Shown: positions 26,990-40,260, counted from the whole stretch's first letter. The stretch: DNA of 63,844 bases, filler included, from Reticulomyxa filosa (GCA_000512085.1; 19 parts of 19 records of this genome joined end to end with filler, not necessarily neighbours in it), one strand, 5' to 3'. Notes: a model not told the origin generated them from the letters alone. Made by a program: numbers and translations.

Positions 26990-28500
26990 TTCACTGTCAT
27001 GACAATGGTTCAAATCAGTTTGAAAAAAAAATTACTTTTGTATGTTGTGCACTATGTAAATCAAATGCAAGTTTCAGTTCACTTTCATCAACACTTTTGA
27101 AGGTATTGCCACAAATCCGAACAGCCTCAACAATGGTGGACATATACATTAGTTTCAACTTTCTAGCATCTCTCCAAGCCTGAAAGAGTTTACCTTGCTG
27201 CGCAAGAAAGTGGCTTGTCTGCTGTTTCGCGCCGTACATATCGTGATGAATGAACTATTATTATTTTCCATGATTCCGGTATAAGATATGCCTTAAAAGT
27301 CCTTTTTCGTAAAAGTGAAGATCTTGGTGCATTTGAATTCCAACACACAATCGACGTCGATTGAATGAATATCTCACGTATGGGTTTTCGGAAATTTCCA
27401 ATCAGCAAAACATTTTTTTGTAATTGTGGTACAAATCACGACACCACAATAATAGTGTCCATTATTTTTACCATAAATTAAAAAAAAAAAAAAAAAGAAA
27501 ATTAATAATATGGTCGAACCATCTTTAAAACAATATTTCCCTTTTTCTTTGGAAAAAAATACGAGATCATTCCAAAATTTTTCTAAATATCTGTTCTCCC
27601 TTTCGTTTTTGCCATAATGCTTTCCTTGAAAATCAAATGAGAATTTGCTGTGCTTATTGTTCGTTGTATGGACCATCATCGATTTGGCAGTATCCAAATA
27701 AGTTGGGGCGATGTTGTGATGTGTAATTTCGAAAAACTGAAGGCGACAAAGTGTTATGTGATGGCAATCCGTCGTTTTCGCAACATGCTCTTTTTCAACA
27801 AGATTTGTGCATAGCATTGATAGTGACTCCACTTTGTTTTATCGTGTTGATGGCGCAAATGGAATTCAAAAGCTAACACATCAGTTATCATTACAATGAT
27901 TATTGCCATAATTTCGTTTGCTGCAAGCACGTTTTGAAAATGGTCAAAACATTTGGCACAAGTCCTGCTCTTCTTCCATTCTCTAAGAAGGGTTTTTTCG
28001 GGAGATGAGCCAATAGTTGTATGTGACTCATTCCTGTTATCACGTGAAAAACCCTCCACGTCGTTATTGTTCTCTTCAAGTATTGCATTCGATCTTCTTA
28101 GTGTCAGCAGAAACGATATTATACATTGCCAAACAAGTCCTAGTATCAACATACTCCAAGGAGTTTGGTAGGCTCTTAGAGCAGCTTCACAAGCCATTTG
28201 ACAAAATATTACTGATTCGGGCTAATTTCGCTATCCTTGCAAAGGGATCACTGCCAAAAAAGACTTTTACCAAAAAACGACTTGCAAATCCCGAAAAAAG
28301 TTTTGCTGTATATTTTAAATGTTGAAGTACTGTGGTGAATAAGAAAAAAGCTTGCAGATAAAATGAAACTCTATAAAGATAGTGCTTGATGATGTTTTCA
28401 TTATTTGTACGAAATCTTGTTACAAGATTACATTTAGCATTATCATTTATTTTATGCATAAAATCAGTACTTTTGCGCTTATCAATAATATCCTGCAACG
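26990..28500 (-). pseudogene. Frameshifted coding relic, unknown family
   Basis: Overlapping minus-strand ORFs of 70-150 aa that switch frames; no recognisable motif. Confidence 0.4.
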
Positions 28501-28840
28501 ACTTATTTCTTTAGTTGAGGCATATTACGTGTGAAACTCTTTCGCAAAGGTCGTCACCTACTAAAAAAGTTCGAATCCGGGGGTTCTTGTTTTGAGCTTT
28601 ATATTATTCTTTATTAAAAAAAATGCTGACCGTTGTGAAAAAGAATATTATATTAGGTATGGAAAAATCTAGTTAAAAAGAAAGCAAATGGGAGTATTTG
28701 AAATGTTGTCTTGGCTTTCACTTTGTTGTGTGCGCAAAACTGCTACTGCCGCCTCAAAAAAAAACGCTGATGTAGCCCACCTTACAAGAATTGGACTCCT
28801 TGGGGGCATAAACAATAAAACTAAGCAACTAAAAAAGCGA

Positions 28841-29093
28841 ATGGAAGAAGCCCAGGCTGTGGCAGCAATATCACCAAAAAGCATGGTAAGCTTACCAAGT
28901 GATGATTGCCATGACACCTTTCACTTAAAAAAAAAAAAAAAAGAGAGAGAGAAAACGTGATTGGGCAAACATTTGGAAAACAATGAAAAACTAGGCATTG
29001 GAAGATATTGAAAAGATAATGAAAAATTGGGTGCGAGTGTTTGTTGACGATTGGGGATGGATAAAAGAATTTAATCTAATAATAGCAAAATAT
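28841..29093 (+). CDS. 5' part of a gene carrying the 33-aa WxR/GWI box, 3'-partial
   Basis: Exon 1 MEEAQAVAAISPKSM|GTAAGC; exon 2 28995-29093 ALEDIEKIMKNWVRVFVDDWGWIKEFNLIIAKY|GT. Confidence 0.75.
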
Positions 29094-29260
29094 GTTTGGT
29101 AATGTGTTGTGATAAATGGGTGTATATAATATCCATCAAAAAGTTGGAATTTTTTTTTTTNNNNNNNNNNNNNNNNNNNNNNNNNNNNNNNNNNNNNNNN
29201 NNNNTTAATTAATTAANNNNNNNNNNNNNNNNNNNNNNNNNNNNNNNNNNNNNNNNNNNN

Positions 29261-30269
29261 CAAAAAATGATAAAACCACCTTACATTGAGAATTGAAATT
29301 CCATAACGCACAAAGTGATGCGTTGCCAGCAATTGAGCAGTCTGATGGGTATAAGAGGTCCCATATTCCGACGTCTCATACTCATCAGTAGTTTCAAATT
29401 TTGTCGATTTATCGGTTCAGTTGTTCCCGGATAATACTTGGACGAAGTATAGTCGCGAAAACTGGTTTGATGCTAATATGACGAAGTCGATATCTCTTCT
29501 TGCGTCAATTCTGCCATAAGCGTTGTACCTACCAAAGAAGAGACAAATTTTGCATGTGTATTGACCGCATTCGCAGTATAGCCAGTGTATATTTGTTTCA
29601 ATACTTGAGTCTCATCTCAATAAAAACTTACGCAAGAGATTGTGATTGAAGGATGGCGCACAATTAAGTTTTAAAGGGTTATTTTTTTTTTAACCCGACT
29701 CCTTCGTCGTTATTATTCGCGCAGCCATTCAACCCAACAAAAAAATATGAATTTACAGAACACTGGAATGCAAACTGAAAAGTACTTCAGCACAATTGCT
29801 TGTCTATTGCATTGAAAATACCCCACTCTCCGGGTGCGCTTTCTCCTTCTGCCCATTGACTTTCAAACAATTCAGTCGTTGAACATGATGAATCCGTATA
29901 TGTCCTTTTTTTGTTTGTTTTTTTTTTAGCTTACTTCCTTCACTTCTCCCTCCCCCTTTCCCCCCTCCGGCATTACGTAGTTAGTATACGTATCTTTATG
30001 TATAATATTTTTTAAAAATATTTTCAACACTTTCCAAATTCTGTCTTTTTTCTTGCAGACGTACACATACCAAAGACCAGTTGGAATTAGGTTCGTAGCT
30101 GTACATTGACCGATTATGTAGGGAAACGTCAACGCGTTAGTAAACGCGTCAGTCACGTAATTATTTATGCCGTCTTCTTTCAACGGTGTAGAACCAGACA
30201 CTGGGCAATCTTGGGCTTTGGCCACATGTGTTGCCGACAAAAAGATGAAAGATTGCACTCAATAGCATG
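29261..30269 (-). pseudogene. Secreted Cys-rich surface-protein family, disrupted
   Basis: Signal peptide MLLSAIF(fs)IFLSATHVAKA-QDCP; YIIGQC..WYVYVC..RTYTDSSC..GYFQC; stops and frameshifts downstream. Confidence 0.55.
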
Positions 30270-30991
30270 ATCTTTTTTTCTTTCTTTCACTCTTAGTAAA
30301 CAAAACTTAGACAAAAAAACTCGTTAAGACAAATAAAAGTCTAACCAAACTAAAAAATTGAGTAATAATGCAAAGAAAAAAGACTGTAAAGAAAATATTA
30401 CACAACTAAATTCGCTGCTAAAATATAGTTGAAAAGAATGTGTTAAACTGGATTAATGTAAGACCTGATTAATTGTTTATCAAACGTTGTATTTGGAACC
30501 TCAACGATTTTGGCTATTTTTGAGTATTGAATGTCGCATAATTTTTTTAGAGTTAGTTGTGGTTACATTTGCCAATAAACAAAAAAAAATAGAGTCGAAA
30601 TAATATCATCCCCGTCCACAGTGATTTATAATCAAATGGACCCTGGCATAAAGTTTACAATACTTTGACAATACCGAGTTTTGGGTTCAACATTGTCTCG
30701 AAAGCACTGAATTCCAATGCTATTCTATTTTCTACGATTTCTATTTTACTAAATTTTTTAACTTTCATTTTGATTTTTTTTTTGTCAAGGAAAGAAAGAA
30801 TACTAACGAAAAATGTAAGAAGTTAAAATTGGTTTATTTGCTCATCAATTATACTTGTACCAGTACGGGTGTCACAAGGAGGGGGAAAAAAATCCCAAAC
30901 TGAATTTAAAGAACCCCCCTTTTAAATTCATAGTTCAGAACAAATTCTGCCTTACAAAAAAGAAATAACAACTGTTTGTTATTATTAATTG

Positions 30992-32075
30992 TCATTTATC
31001 ACCAAAGTCATGACTTACTTCAGCACTGCAACCTTGAGAGTCACCCCAAGCTTTCTGACAGACTTTGCAAATCTTCTGACAAGCTTTGTCAGGGTCATTT
31101 GGATTGTTCAATGGAACAACAGCTTGGCAGCATGTCCATTGGAATAAACAGCCAGGAGAAGGGTCAATGGTACTACAGCAAGTCCATTCGTCTTTGCAAC
31201 CTTGCATTGACGGATAAGATTGTTTACAACAAGAATACTGTTCTTTGCATCCAGTCGACCCAGGAGGAGATTTGCAACAAGATATTTTACATCCAGTTGC
31301 AGCAGCAGTAACATCAGTTTGACAACATTCCCATTTTGAACGACAGCCAATGTTATCCTTGTCTTTCTGACAGCACAAATATAACCTCTTTCTTTATGCA
31401 TCCTTGGGGTGGTCAATCTTTTTTTTTTGGCAACTCTTGCACTTTTCAACACATCCAATCGATCCGATTTCTCGGTTGCAACATGCGTATCGTTCCTTGC
31501 ACCCTTCTTTTTCACCAGGTAAATGTTTTACAACAAGCCGTTTTGCACCCATTGTTCCCAGAAGTAATATCAGCATTACAACAATTCCATTTTTTTCCCC
31601 CTCTTCGAAACTTGTGCGGCAATGGCAGTTTGTTTTGCTGCACCTTTGGTAGGATGACATTTACGCACTGCGTTGCAATGTTGGGCCAACAGCAAAGTGT
31701 GTCGTCCAATGTCTCGCCTTGTTGCATCGCCTCTTGGAAAAAGATGCATGTTCTTGTCGAGGTCTCGTAAACAATACATCCGAGTATTTTGTTTGGTGCA
31801 ATCGTTAGAAGCTATTCGTCCTCTTGTAACACTCGCTCCTTCATCTCTCTTGCGCATTCCAAAACAAATTCTATATCTTTCATTGATAATAGTGCTCTGT
31901 TTTTCCATTCTTGTGCTATCTTTGTTTTCAAGACCTTTATTCTTGCGCTTCTTTTTGCGTCTTTCTTACCGCTGTGCTTGTCGTACAACGAGGTTGCACA
32001 AGCTCCGATCACAAATCCACTGAATAATAAGAATGGCAACAGATAACGAGAGGATGTTGTCTCAGATGATGCCAT
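30992..32075 (-). pseudogene. Membrane-anchored protein with tandem (W/Y)xCC-x6-9-GC repeats, disrupted
   Basis: N-terminal hydrophobic helix YLLPFLLFSGFVIGACA; repeats such as WNCCNADITSGNNGC, YACCNREIGSIGC, WECCQTDVTAAATGC, YSCCKQSYPSMQGC and WTCCSTIDPSPGC; in-frame TAG at 31812 and frameshifts. Confidence 0.75.
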
Positions 32076-33103
32076 GGTTAAATTAATTATGAAAAAATTA
32101 TCCTACTGTTGACGTTATAAGGGGGGGAAACGAACATAAACAACAAAGCCAGTTTGGGAAGTGTGCGTTAAGTACTTCATAAAACGCAACTAGATAATTA
32201 TTTTTAAAATTATACATTTGCGAAAGTTATGGCTATTTTCTTTAGCCAGTGTTTGCAACTATCACTGCAACGAAAGAGGAGCACATTGAGCAAAAAAGGT
32301 TGCATATTGCGATCAAAAAAATAAAAAAAACAATACTTTTTCAACATAATTATTAACTTAAAGCAAAAGAACTTGTTTGAATTACACGTCATTTTTTGTA
32401 AACTTCCAACAAAGACAATAAACTAAATGATTATATGTCTACTGCAACTATCTCAAATAATTCAGCATGTTTGTAATATTTTAAACACAAAACGATAAAA
32501 AAATTACGTGAGAAAATCAATCCAATTATCTTAACGAACCAATGACCAAATACTGCACCTGAATAATAAGACAAACAATATGCAAAGGTAATCTCACTTT
32601 ATGCTTGTTAAATTGGCTTTTATTGAAAACTTATTTTAATTAAATTACAATAATTTATTTCCATTATTGGATATACATTGAAGCTTGTTAAATGCAAAGG
32701 TGCCAATTGTGGTTTCTTTTTGCGACATTATGAATATACTATGTCCAAACAACCTCGATAAATTAATCTTTATCAAACATGTTTCTAAGTTAGAGAACGA
32801 TATAAATGCATATAAGAGCCTTGGAAGATGGTTCAATAAATTGACTGTTGTCTCAAGTATCGCCAACTATTGTAATGACATCCGTAACCTCATTGCTATG
32901 ATTTGATCATTTTTCGAAAATAGCATTAGAAAAGATATCAAATATTGTTTCCATACGTCCTCATGTGATATTTTTTTATTACTTCTTAATTTTTCTATCC
33001 ATTNNNNNNNNNNNNNNNNNNNNNNNNNNNNNNNNNNNNNNNNNNNNTTAATTAATTAANNNNNNNNNNNNNNNNNNNNNNNNNNNNNNNNNNNNNNNNN
33101 NNN

Positions 33104-34168
33104 TGTTCTTGTTGTTGTTGTTGCTTTTTAAGTGCGATTTTATGTTCCATTGCATTGATAAATAAAATAGCATCGGAATACTTCCCCAAAGTGACAATTA
33201 AAGCAATTAGTTCGTTTCTTTGAAAAAAGTCTGAACTCAGCACCTCTCTGGTGAACAATATTTTCAACGCGGTACCCAAGCCGAGGAACTCCAGCTATGG
33301 TTAAGTGTGAGTAGGAGATTTGAATAGAGGATTGTAGTTTGTTTGTTTGTTTTTTTTGCAAAGCAAGTAGAGAAGGCAAAAAAAAAAGAAGCCCCTTTCC
33401 GTGTGCTTGTGAAGCATAACTTTAGCATGCAGTTTGCACTTTTCACAGCCAACACAGTCCAAGATTTCACTAATGTTGCGGAACACTCTTCGAAATCCGT
33501 CCATCGCTCCCTTTTGGTGATATATATACATATACATAAATATATGAACGTATTTATAAAAAAAAAAAAAAAAAGAAAGTAAATCAACTGGGTCGTCGCG
33601 AAACATTTGCGACTCATCAAAAGAGCCATCGACCGAGCATTGTTGTTGAATAAAGTTACTAGAAACCAATTGGTGTATCAAACCTTTGGTAAATGCATCA
33701 TCGGTGGCATTGCCAGTGTCGTAATAATATTGATCCAGCACAGGCGAAGCTTTATTGACCGCACGCAAAAGGAAGACAAAGTCAAAGTACAAATTCTGAA
33801 TCCAAGAAGGATTGGGATGCAAGAACCTTTCGTACATTTCAAGGTTGTATCCGTACACGACATTGTGACCGGAAGGATCAATGCCATTATTTGACGATGA
33901 TGACTGTGGGTAGTTGGCGAATACCATTGCACTGGTCAGAGTGTGGAATCCACTGATCAGCCGAAACAGCACACGCTCTTCCATTTCCCTCTTTCGAAGC
34001 GCTTGTGCATTTGTGATGTTGTTATTGTTGAATCCATTTTTCGCATGATAAATGGCCCTCCACACTCGGCCCGCCTCTTCGCCTTTGTACCCAGTGTACC
34101 CGTCCACATTCAATGCCAAATCGACGTACGTCACTTTGCATTGCCAGTCATCGCAGCAGTCGAGCGTT
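33104..34168 (-). CDS. ERO1: Endoplasmic reticulum oxidoreductin 1, partial
   Basis: YVDL..N..GYTGY; RVLFRLISGFH; NLYF; FDESQMF; FRNISEILDCVGCEKC; GLGTALKILF; QRNELIAL. Two introns. Confidence 0.92.
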
Positions 34169-34375
34169 TAAAGCACACACACATACACACACATACACAC
34201 ACACATGTATACATTCATTTCGTCTTACATAGTTTACATATACATATGCATATATATGTATATGTATATGTATATNNNNNNNNNNNNNNNNNNNNNNNNN
34301 NNNNNNNNNNNNNNNNNNNTTAATTAATTAANNNNNNNNNNNNNNNNNNNNNNNNNNNNNNNNNNNNNNNNNNNN

Positions 34376-34725
34376 ACACATAACTAGTATGTCCAGTGAA
34401 TGTGTTAATTAATTTGGATGATGAACGAAATGTGTCAAACATAAAGAATGTAGTTGCCTATGTTAAATAAGCATTTAAATATTTTGATTAGTACTTAAAA
34501 AAAGATAGGACAAATGAACTAACATATTTGACAATAAATTTGTCAAAATCTTCGATCCATCCTAATTTAATGTTTAATGTCCTAATCCAATGATGGAGAA
34601 TAATTTGGATCTCTTCTTTTGACTGTTTCAATCATGAAGCAAAAGGAGGAAACAATAATAACAAAAATCTAAAAAAACAACTTAAATGAAACTTTCATTA
34701 CCAAGCCAAAGTATCTCCTTTCCAT
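34376..34725 (-). CDS. Box + WD40 family gene, 5' portion (contig-truncated)
   Basis: Exon 34524-34622 SKEEIQIILHHWIRTLNIKLGWIEDFDKFIVKY; next exon ATTFFMFDTFRSSSKLINTFTGHTSYV. Paralog of 49829-51203. Confidence 0.88.
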
Positions 34726-35999
34726 TTTTTTTTCTTGAGATAATCGTTGATGACGCAAAGATGATGAAAAAGATTCTTTTCAACTTTTTTTTTTAAGTTC
34801 ACGAAGGGTCAATAAAAAATTGAAATGAATTGTTTTATTTAATAAATATAAACTTTGTGTTTTGTTTTTTTTCTATTGGAAAGAAATCTTTTTTTGTCAT
34901 TGCAAACAATTAACAATTCTCTAAAACTGTACAAAGAGAATATGAGTAAAATGAAGAACTTGTTGAAACTGGAATAACTTTTTTTTTTGTATTTTTGGCT
35001 CTTTACTAATAAAGGTTTTGTTTTTCCATCAAAAAAAACTTGCAAACAAATTTTTTGTAGTCAATAAGAATTTTTTTTATTTTAATTTCTAGTTTAAATG
35101 GTAATGGTAATTTGGATGCACATTAAATATGATTTTTTTTTTTGAAAATTCATTTCAAACAATTCCAATCAATAGTTTACGAATCATCTCCAGACTGAAT
35201 CATTCAATTTAGAGTTATTGATTATTTTTTTTTACGACAAAAAGTTCTATTCAAAATTGCTTTTTTATAAATATGCAATTAATAAATAAATACATTCAAT
35301 GTATATTGAAAACTTTTTATAAAATATTTCTAAAGCACAATATGATACTAATGTCATTATTTGATGACCCTTAACAGTCAATTGCTCTATGCGCTATCAG
35401 ATTAACCCTTTTGGCTCAACAACTGTTTCAAAAAAAAGAAAATAGAAGATGTGGAAGAAAAAAGAAATTATAGCAAGAGGCAAGAAAGATCAGGATATAA
35501 TACTAGTAATGAAAGATGGATTTTTAGCTAATCTATGATAATGGATGGAAAAAATGAGATAAAAGTAATGAAATACAAATTCAGAATTCAGCCTCCACAT
35601 ATACATATATATATTATATCAAAAATTGACTATACATTATAAACTGTATTAAAAAGGAATCTCTGATTTGATGCAAGTCCTCTCCAACTTGTATTTGAAC
35701 ACATATCGATAAAGTAACATTGGTGTTGTGCAAAATATGCGTATAATACCAAGGGTTTTTAATGGTATCTCACGCAGTTTCAAACCTTTTCTCAATCTGT
35801 TCAAGAAAAAGTATGCAAATTTAACAATTTGAATGCCACAGAAGATACTTAAAAAGGTTTGTTTAATAGATACTTCTTTCTGAAATAAAGAGGACATTAT
35901 TTTGATTTCATTTTCTTTTTAAAGGATAAGATTTGATCAATATTGATCATATGCAAAAATAAAATTCGATTCAAAGTCATTTTAACTCGATAAGGGAAA

Positions 36000-36540
36000 A
36001 AGTTTTTGATTCCCCTTGTGCAGACACGATCAAAGCAAAAATTAAAAGATCATTGCAATTTACAAGACGGCTTGATTCCATATTTGATAAAAAAAAAGAT
36101 CAGACATTCTGGACTATTCACTTCTCTATGGTGATAGACAAGAAGCAAAAGAGGTAGATGTAGAACTTGTCGTAAATGCAAAGGATGGATAGATTTGATG
36201 AAATTGCAAATAAATTGAATTCAAAACTGGTCGCCTATGATTTACTACAAACTGTCCCAATGTTTAATTGTTTCATTGTTTATCTTGTCTTGCATGGGAA
36301 GGGCTGGAGCATATCGAGATAAGGATATTGTTGAAGATGAAAGCATTCATTGATCATCTGCAAGGTAATTGCAACAATTTCAATGAAATTGAATAAAAGT
36401 CAACTTTGCAAAATTTAATGAGCGGATGTGCTATTGCTTGAAAAACTTTTAATGATACCATACCTTGGAAACATTTAATGAAGGATTTAAAATATAAGAA
36501 ATTACGTGTCCAAAAAGTTATTTGTTTGATTATTTTTTTC
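36000..36540 (+). pseudogene. Internally deleted NACHT-family pseudogene
   Basis: Fragments DYSLLYGD, FDEIANKLN and LSCLAWEGL match DYSLLYDN, DGFDEIANELN and YLSHLAWEGL of the NACHT ORF at 59642-60915. Confidence 0.75.
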
Positions 36541-36782
36541 AAAATTAATTTATATGGTCCAATATCAGTCTGGTAAAAATAAATATATTAACAAAAAATG
36601 CTTAAAAATGAATTTTGTCAACAATCTGATAACATAATATCAATACCATATTTAAAGATAGCATAACTTATGGATATTTTACNNNNNNNNNNNNNNNNNN
36701 NNNNNNNNNNNNNNNNNNNNNNNNNNTTAATTAATTAANNNNNNNNNNNNNNNNNNNNNNNNNNNNNNNNNNNNNNNNNNNN

Positions 36783-36855
36783 TTTGAATGAAGAAGATGT
36801 TAAATTGTTTTTTGAAACAGTACCTCAAGGTGAAAATTGTTTGAAAGTGAAGTAA
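36783..36855 (+). CDS. 3' end of a multicopy gene (..LNEEDVKLFFETVPQGENCLKVK*)
   Basis: Open from contig start to TAA; paralog at the other end of the same contig. Confidence 0.55.
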
Positions 36856-37569
36856 AAATATGTTGAATTTGAATTTGGAAAAATGATGAATTTTTATTTA
36901 TTTATTTCATTTAGTGAAAAATTTTTGTAAATTTTTTTTTGGAAAAATTAATTATTTAAATGAATGTTGGACATTTGATTGCAATCAAGTTGTCTATTGA
37001 TGTTCTTTTTTTTAATTGGTTAAAGTTAATGCTATTCTTAATGAAAAGATGTTATCAATTCATATGACGTAATTGATTTATCAGTGGAAAGGCAAGAATG
37101 TACTTTGTTAAAAATAAATTAGAGAAAACAGTTTAAGATAAATGCAATAATATAAATAAATCTTTATGTTTAAAAACAATAAACACAAACAATTTTAGGC
37201 AGTCATTTCACTGATTTTCAAATTTTTTAAAAGCCGATTTGTTTTGTTTAGTTGAAGTTGCTCAATCTTTGCTGTGACAACCCTCAAGTAACAAGATTGT
37301 CAAGCTTTTTTCTTTTTGTTCCACTTGCGGCATTGACATGATTAGTACAAATTTTTATTTTAATTTCAATTTTTCAAATAAGATTAAGTTTTTTTTAAAA
37401 TAGAAATTATAAATCATTTATACTCAAGGAAAGTAAGCAGGTCTCATCAATTTTTTTATCCATCTACTTTTAGTTTTGAAAGGGGAATAAAAGAGGTTTT
37501 TTTATTTACAATTATTAAATAACAGCACATTTTTTCCGGATTCCAAAAAAAAAAAAGTAATTGCATTAT

Positions 37570-37810
37570 TAAAGTTTTATTATTGCAAATAAGGTAGAGC
37601 ATTGATTGTTGTTTGTACTTTTGTGGATAATGTGTCGTCACAAAGTATTTACAATCTGTAAGAAAACGCAAATTAATTGCAGAGCAAATACAGCAGTGCA
37701 TCTGGTTTTTGTCAAAGAAGTTGTTTTTGTTGAAACATCCCAAATGACTTTTTTTTCTTAAAAAATTGCTTTGAAGGAAGTTTGCTGCGTTGTTACATTG
37801 ATTAATCATT
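37570..37810 (-). pseudogene. Degenerate TRAF-type RING fragment
   Basis: GCFNKNNFFDKNQMHCCICSA resembles TCFDKSWILQLNQ..IICLICK of the gene at 38431-38770. Confidence 0.35.
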
Positions 37811-38253
37811 TATAAGAAATATTTGAGTTTGCATGATAATAAAACCTCTGCTTTTAATTAATATTATTGAAGGCATTAACTGTGTGCAAATGTTACAATT
37901 ATCAAATCTTGCAGTCTCTTTGTTGAAAAAAAAAACTTTCTAGCAAGTTAATTTGTAAGCAAGAAAAACAGTAGCTGGACTCTCATTCATGCTCAATGCT
38001 TTTTTTTTTAAGCACCTGTAAACCACCGAAGATGCACTAATAAAACTTAAACTTTTTGTCAAAAACAATTAATGCTTTCCATTATCATTGAGTCTTTGCG
38101 TTCAATATTTTATTATGCAGACAAGACACTGGTATTGAATTATGCCTTCTTTGGATCATTGTAAACAAAAAAATACTTATTCAATAAATCAAAAAAAAAC
38201 AAATCAATAACAATTTGTTCCATTCCTAATATTCTCACACTCAATACATTTTC

Positions 38254-38330
38254 ACTTCACTTTCAAACAATCTTCACCTGGAGATACTATTTCAAAAAAC
38301 AATCCAGCATCTTCTTCATTCAAACACCAC
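38254..38330 (-). CDS. 3' end of a multicopy gene (..WCLNEEDAGLFFEIVSPGEDCLKVK*)
   Basis: Inverted paralog of 36783-36855. Confidence 0.55.
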
Positions 38331-38430
38331 NNNNNNNNNNNNNNNNNNNNNNNNNNNNNNNNNNNNNNNNNNNNTTAATTAATTAANNNNNNNNNNNNNN
38401 NNNNNNNNNNNNNNNNNNNNNNNNNNNNNN

Positions 38431-38770
38431 GACATATCACATCCAATTCATTGATGTATCGTTTTGCCATTCGACCTTGAGAATACGAACAATTATCATG
38501 AGGTTCGACTGGGCAAGAATGTGGGTTTTGATTAAGGAATTGCTTTAAGCAGTTCCCTCCGACGATCAATGACTCATCCATATTTTCATGTTGAGAGCAA
38601 TCGATTTCCATTGGATTGTTGGCCACTTGTTTGCAAATCAAACAAATGATATCGTGAATGTCTTCCTTCTGATTCAATTGTAAAATCCAACTTTTGTCAA
38701 AGCAAGTCTGTTGTTCAGTAATTGACTTTGAGTTTAGTTTTGCATTATCTTTGCTTTTTTCTTCTTCCAT
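38431..38770 (-). CDS. TRAF-like N-terminal RING-variant protein, 3'-partial
   Basis: ICLICKQVANNPMEIDC..H..VGGNCLKQFL..SCPV..H..RYINELDVIC, the layout of a TRAF RING leading into the first zinc finger. Confidence 0.8.
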
Positions 38771-39579
38771 CTTACTCAATTTCTTTCTTTTAGTTCTTGG
38801 TTTCTTAAGAGATGATGTAAAGGAATTAATTCTGGAGTTTTTTTTTAAGTTTTTTTTTTTTAGTTTTTTTGAACGGGGGAAGTTTTGTTGTGGCCAACTC
38901 TAATTTTTTAGTACAAAAATTACACCATTTGAAAAAAAATTAATTTTAAAAGTTGTTTTTACTATTAAAATTAAAATGATATCATATTCTAATTACTGAA
39001 ATAATGAGAAAAAGTAGATACAACATTTATTGTTAAACGTGAGACTTTAACATATTTGTTCTTATTCAAACTGTTTTGTTTTCTTACTTGATCGTTTCCT
39101 ACAAAAAGGGGAGAATTCAGGAGTCTTTCATTCAAGGTTCGCTTGCAAAAAAGGAGTAAAAGTAAATGAGCTTGCTTCTAGTACAGCCTTTGAGTACTTT
39201 TCTTGCTTCATCATTTAAAAACTGAAAAAGGAAAAAGAAACGCATATTCAAGAGTATCTCATGTGCAACTGCTAACATCAAAAAGGGTTAAATATTTCAG
39301 ATTATGCCGGAAAATCAATTGCAGGAATTTTGTTGATATTTTTTATCTTTTTTATGAATGGTACTGTTGAAAGTTTCCAAATTAATATTGATATTCCTTG
39401 TTGTAACATATTCCATGCAATAATTTTATTCTTTAAAAAAATAAAGGGAGATATTCAAGTCAAAAAATGTTTTAAAAATTTATAACAAGATGCAACAAAA
39501 TGAAGATAAAATAAATAGAAATATTAAATAGGAAATTTATACAATAAGCCTAATTAACACTTTTTTTTGTGTATAGCTT

Positions 39580-40260
39580 TACCAAAGTACAAACTCATAA
39601 AAAAAGAATATCAATTGATTTTATTTATATCTAAAGAAAGAGATTATTTTAATACACAACCAAGATTCTCTATGTGAAGGACAATGTTAGATGGAACGAA
39701 GTCATCATGAAAATACAGCCATTTGACCATGTAATAAATTTTCATGTAATAATATTCAAAATGAATAAATTGGAAAATGAAAATAAAATAATTTCATTCA
39801 AAACAAACTCTATCAACAAATGAATTGACCACCATCAAGTGTTGAATAATCAATGTCGATATATTCAGTGAATTTATTAAGTAATTTGGATGATGAATGA
39901 AAAAAATCAAAAGCGATAGCTGATGATAAAGTAAAAGATTGATTTAATTTTTTGTAATCTGAAGTTAATTTGGCATTCTTCTATTCCAATGATTTGACAA
40001 TTTTTCGTGATTAGATAAGATTTGTTTTTCTTTATCAATGAAATCTTTTTTAATCAATATCTGCGCGATACTTGAGTAATCTTGTTGATATCCTCTTTCC
40101 ATTTGTTTGATTCAATTATCTTTCAATTGGATTTTTTGTTTTATTATAAATTGGAATAATTGAGTGACGAAATCAAAATATAGTTTCATGCTTGCAATTA
40201 GATGATCTTTTAAATTGTTATTGAAGCATGTATGATTACTATCAAAAATGGATAAAATTC
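39580..40260 (-). pseudogene. TRAF zinc finger-coiled coil-WD40 pseudogene
   Basis: NHTCFNNNLKDHLIASMKLYFDFV, coiled-coil-like segment, then FHSSSKLLNKFT..IDYSTLDGGQFIC; many stops. Confidence 0.7.
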
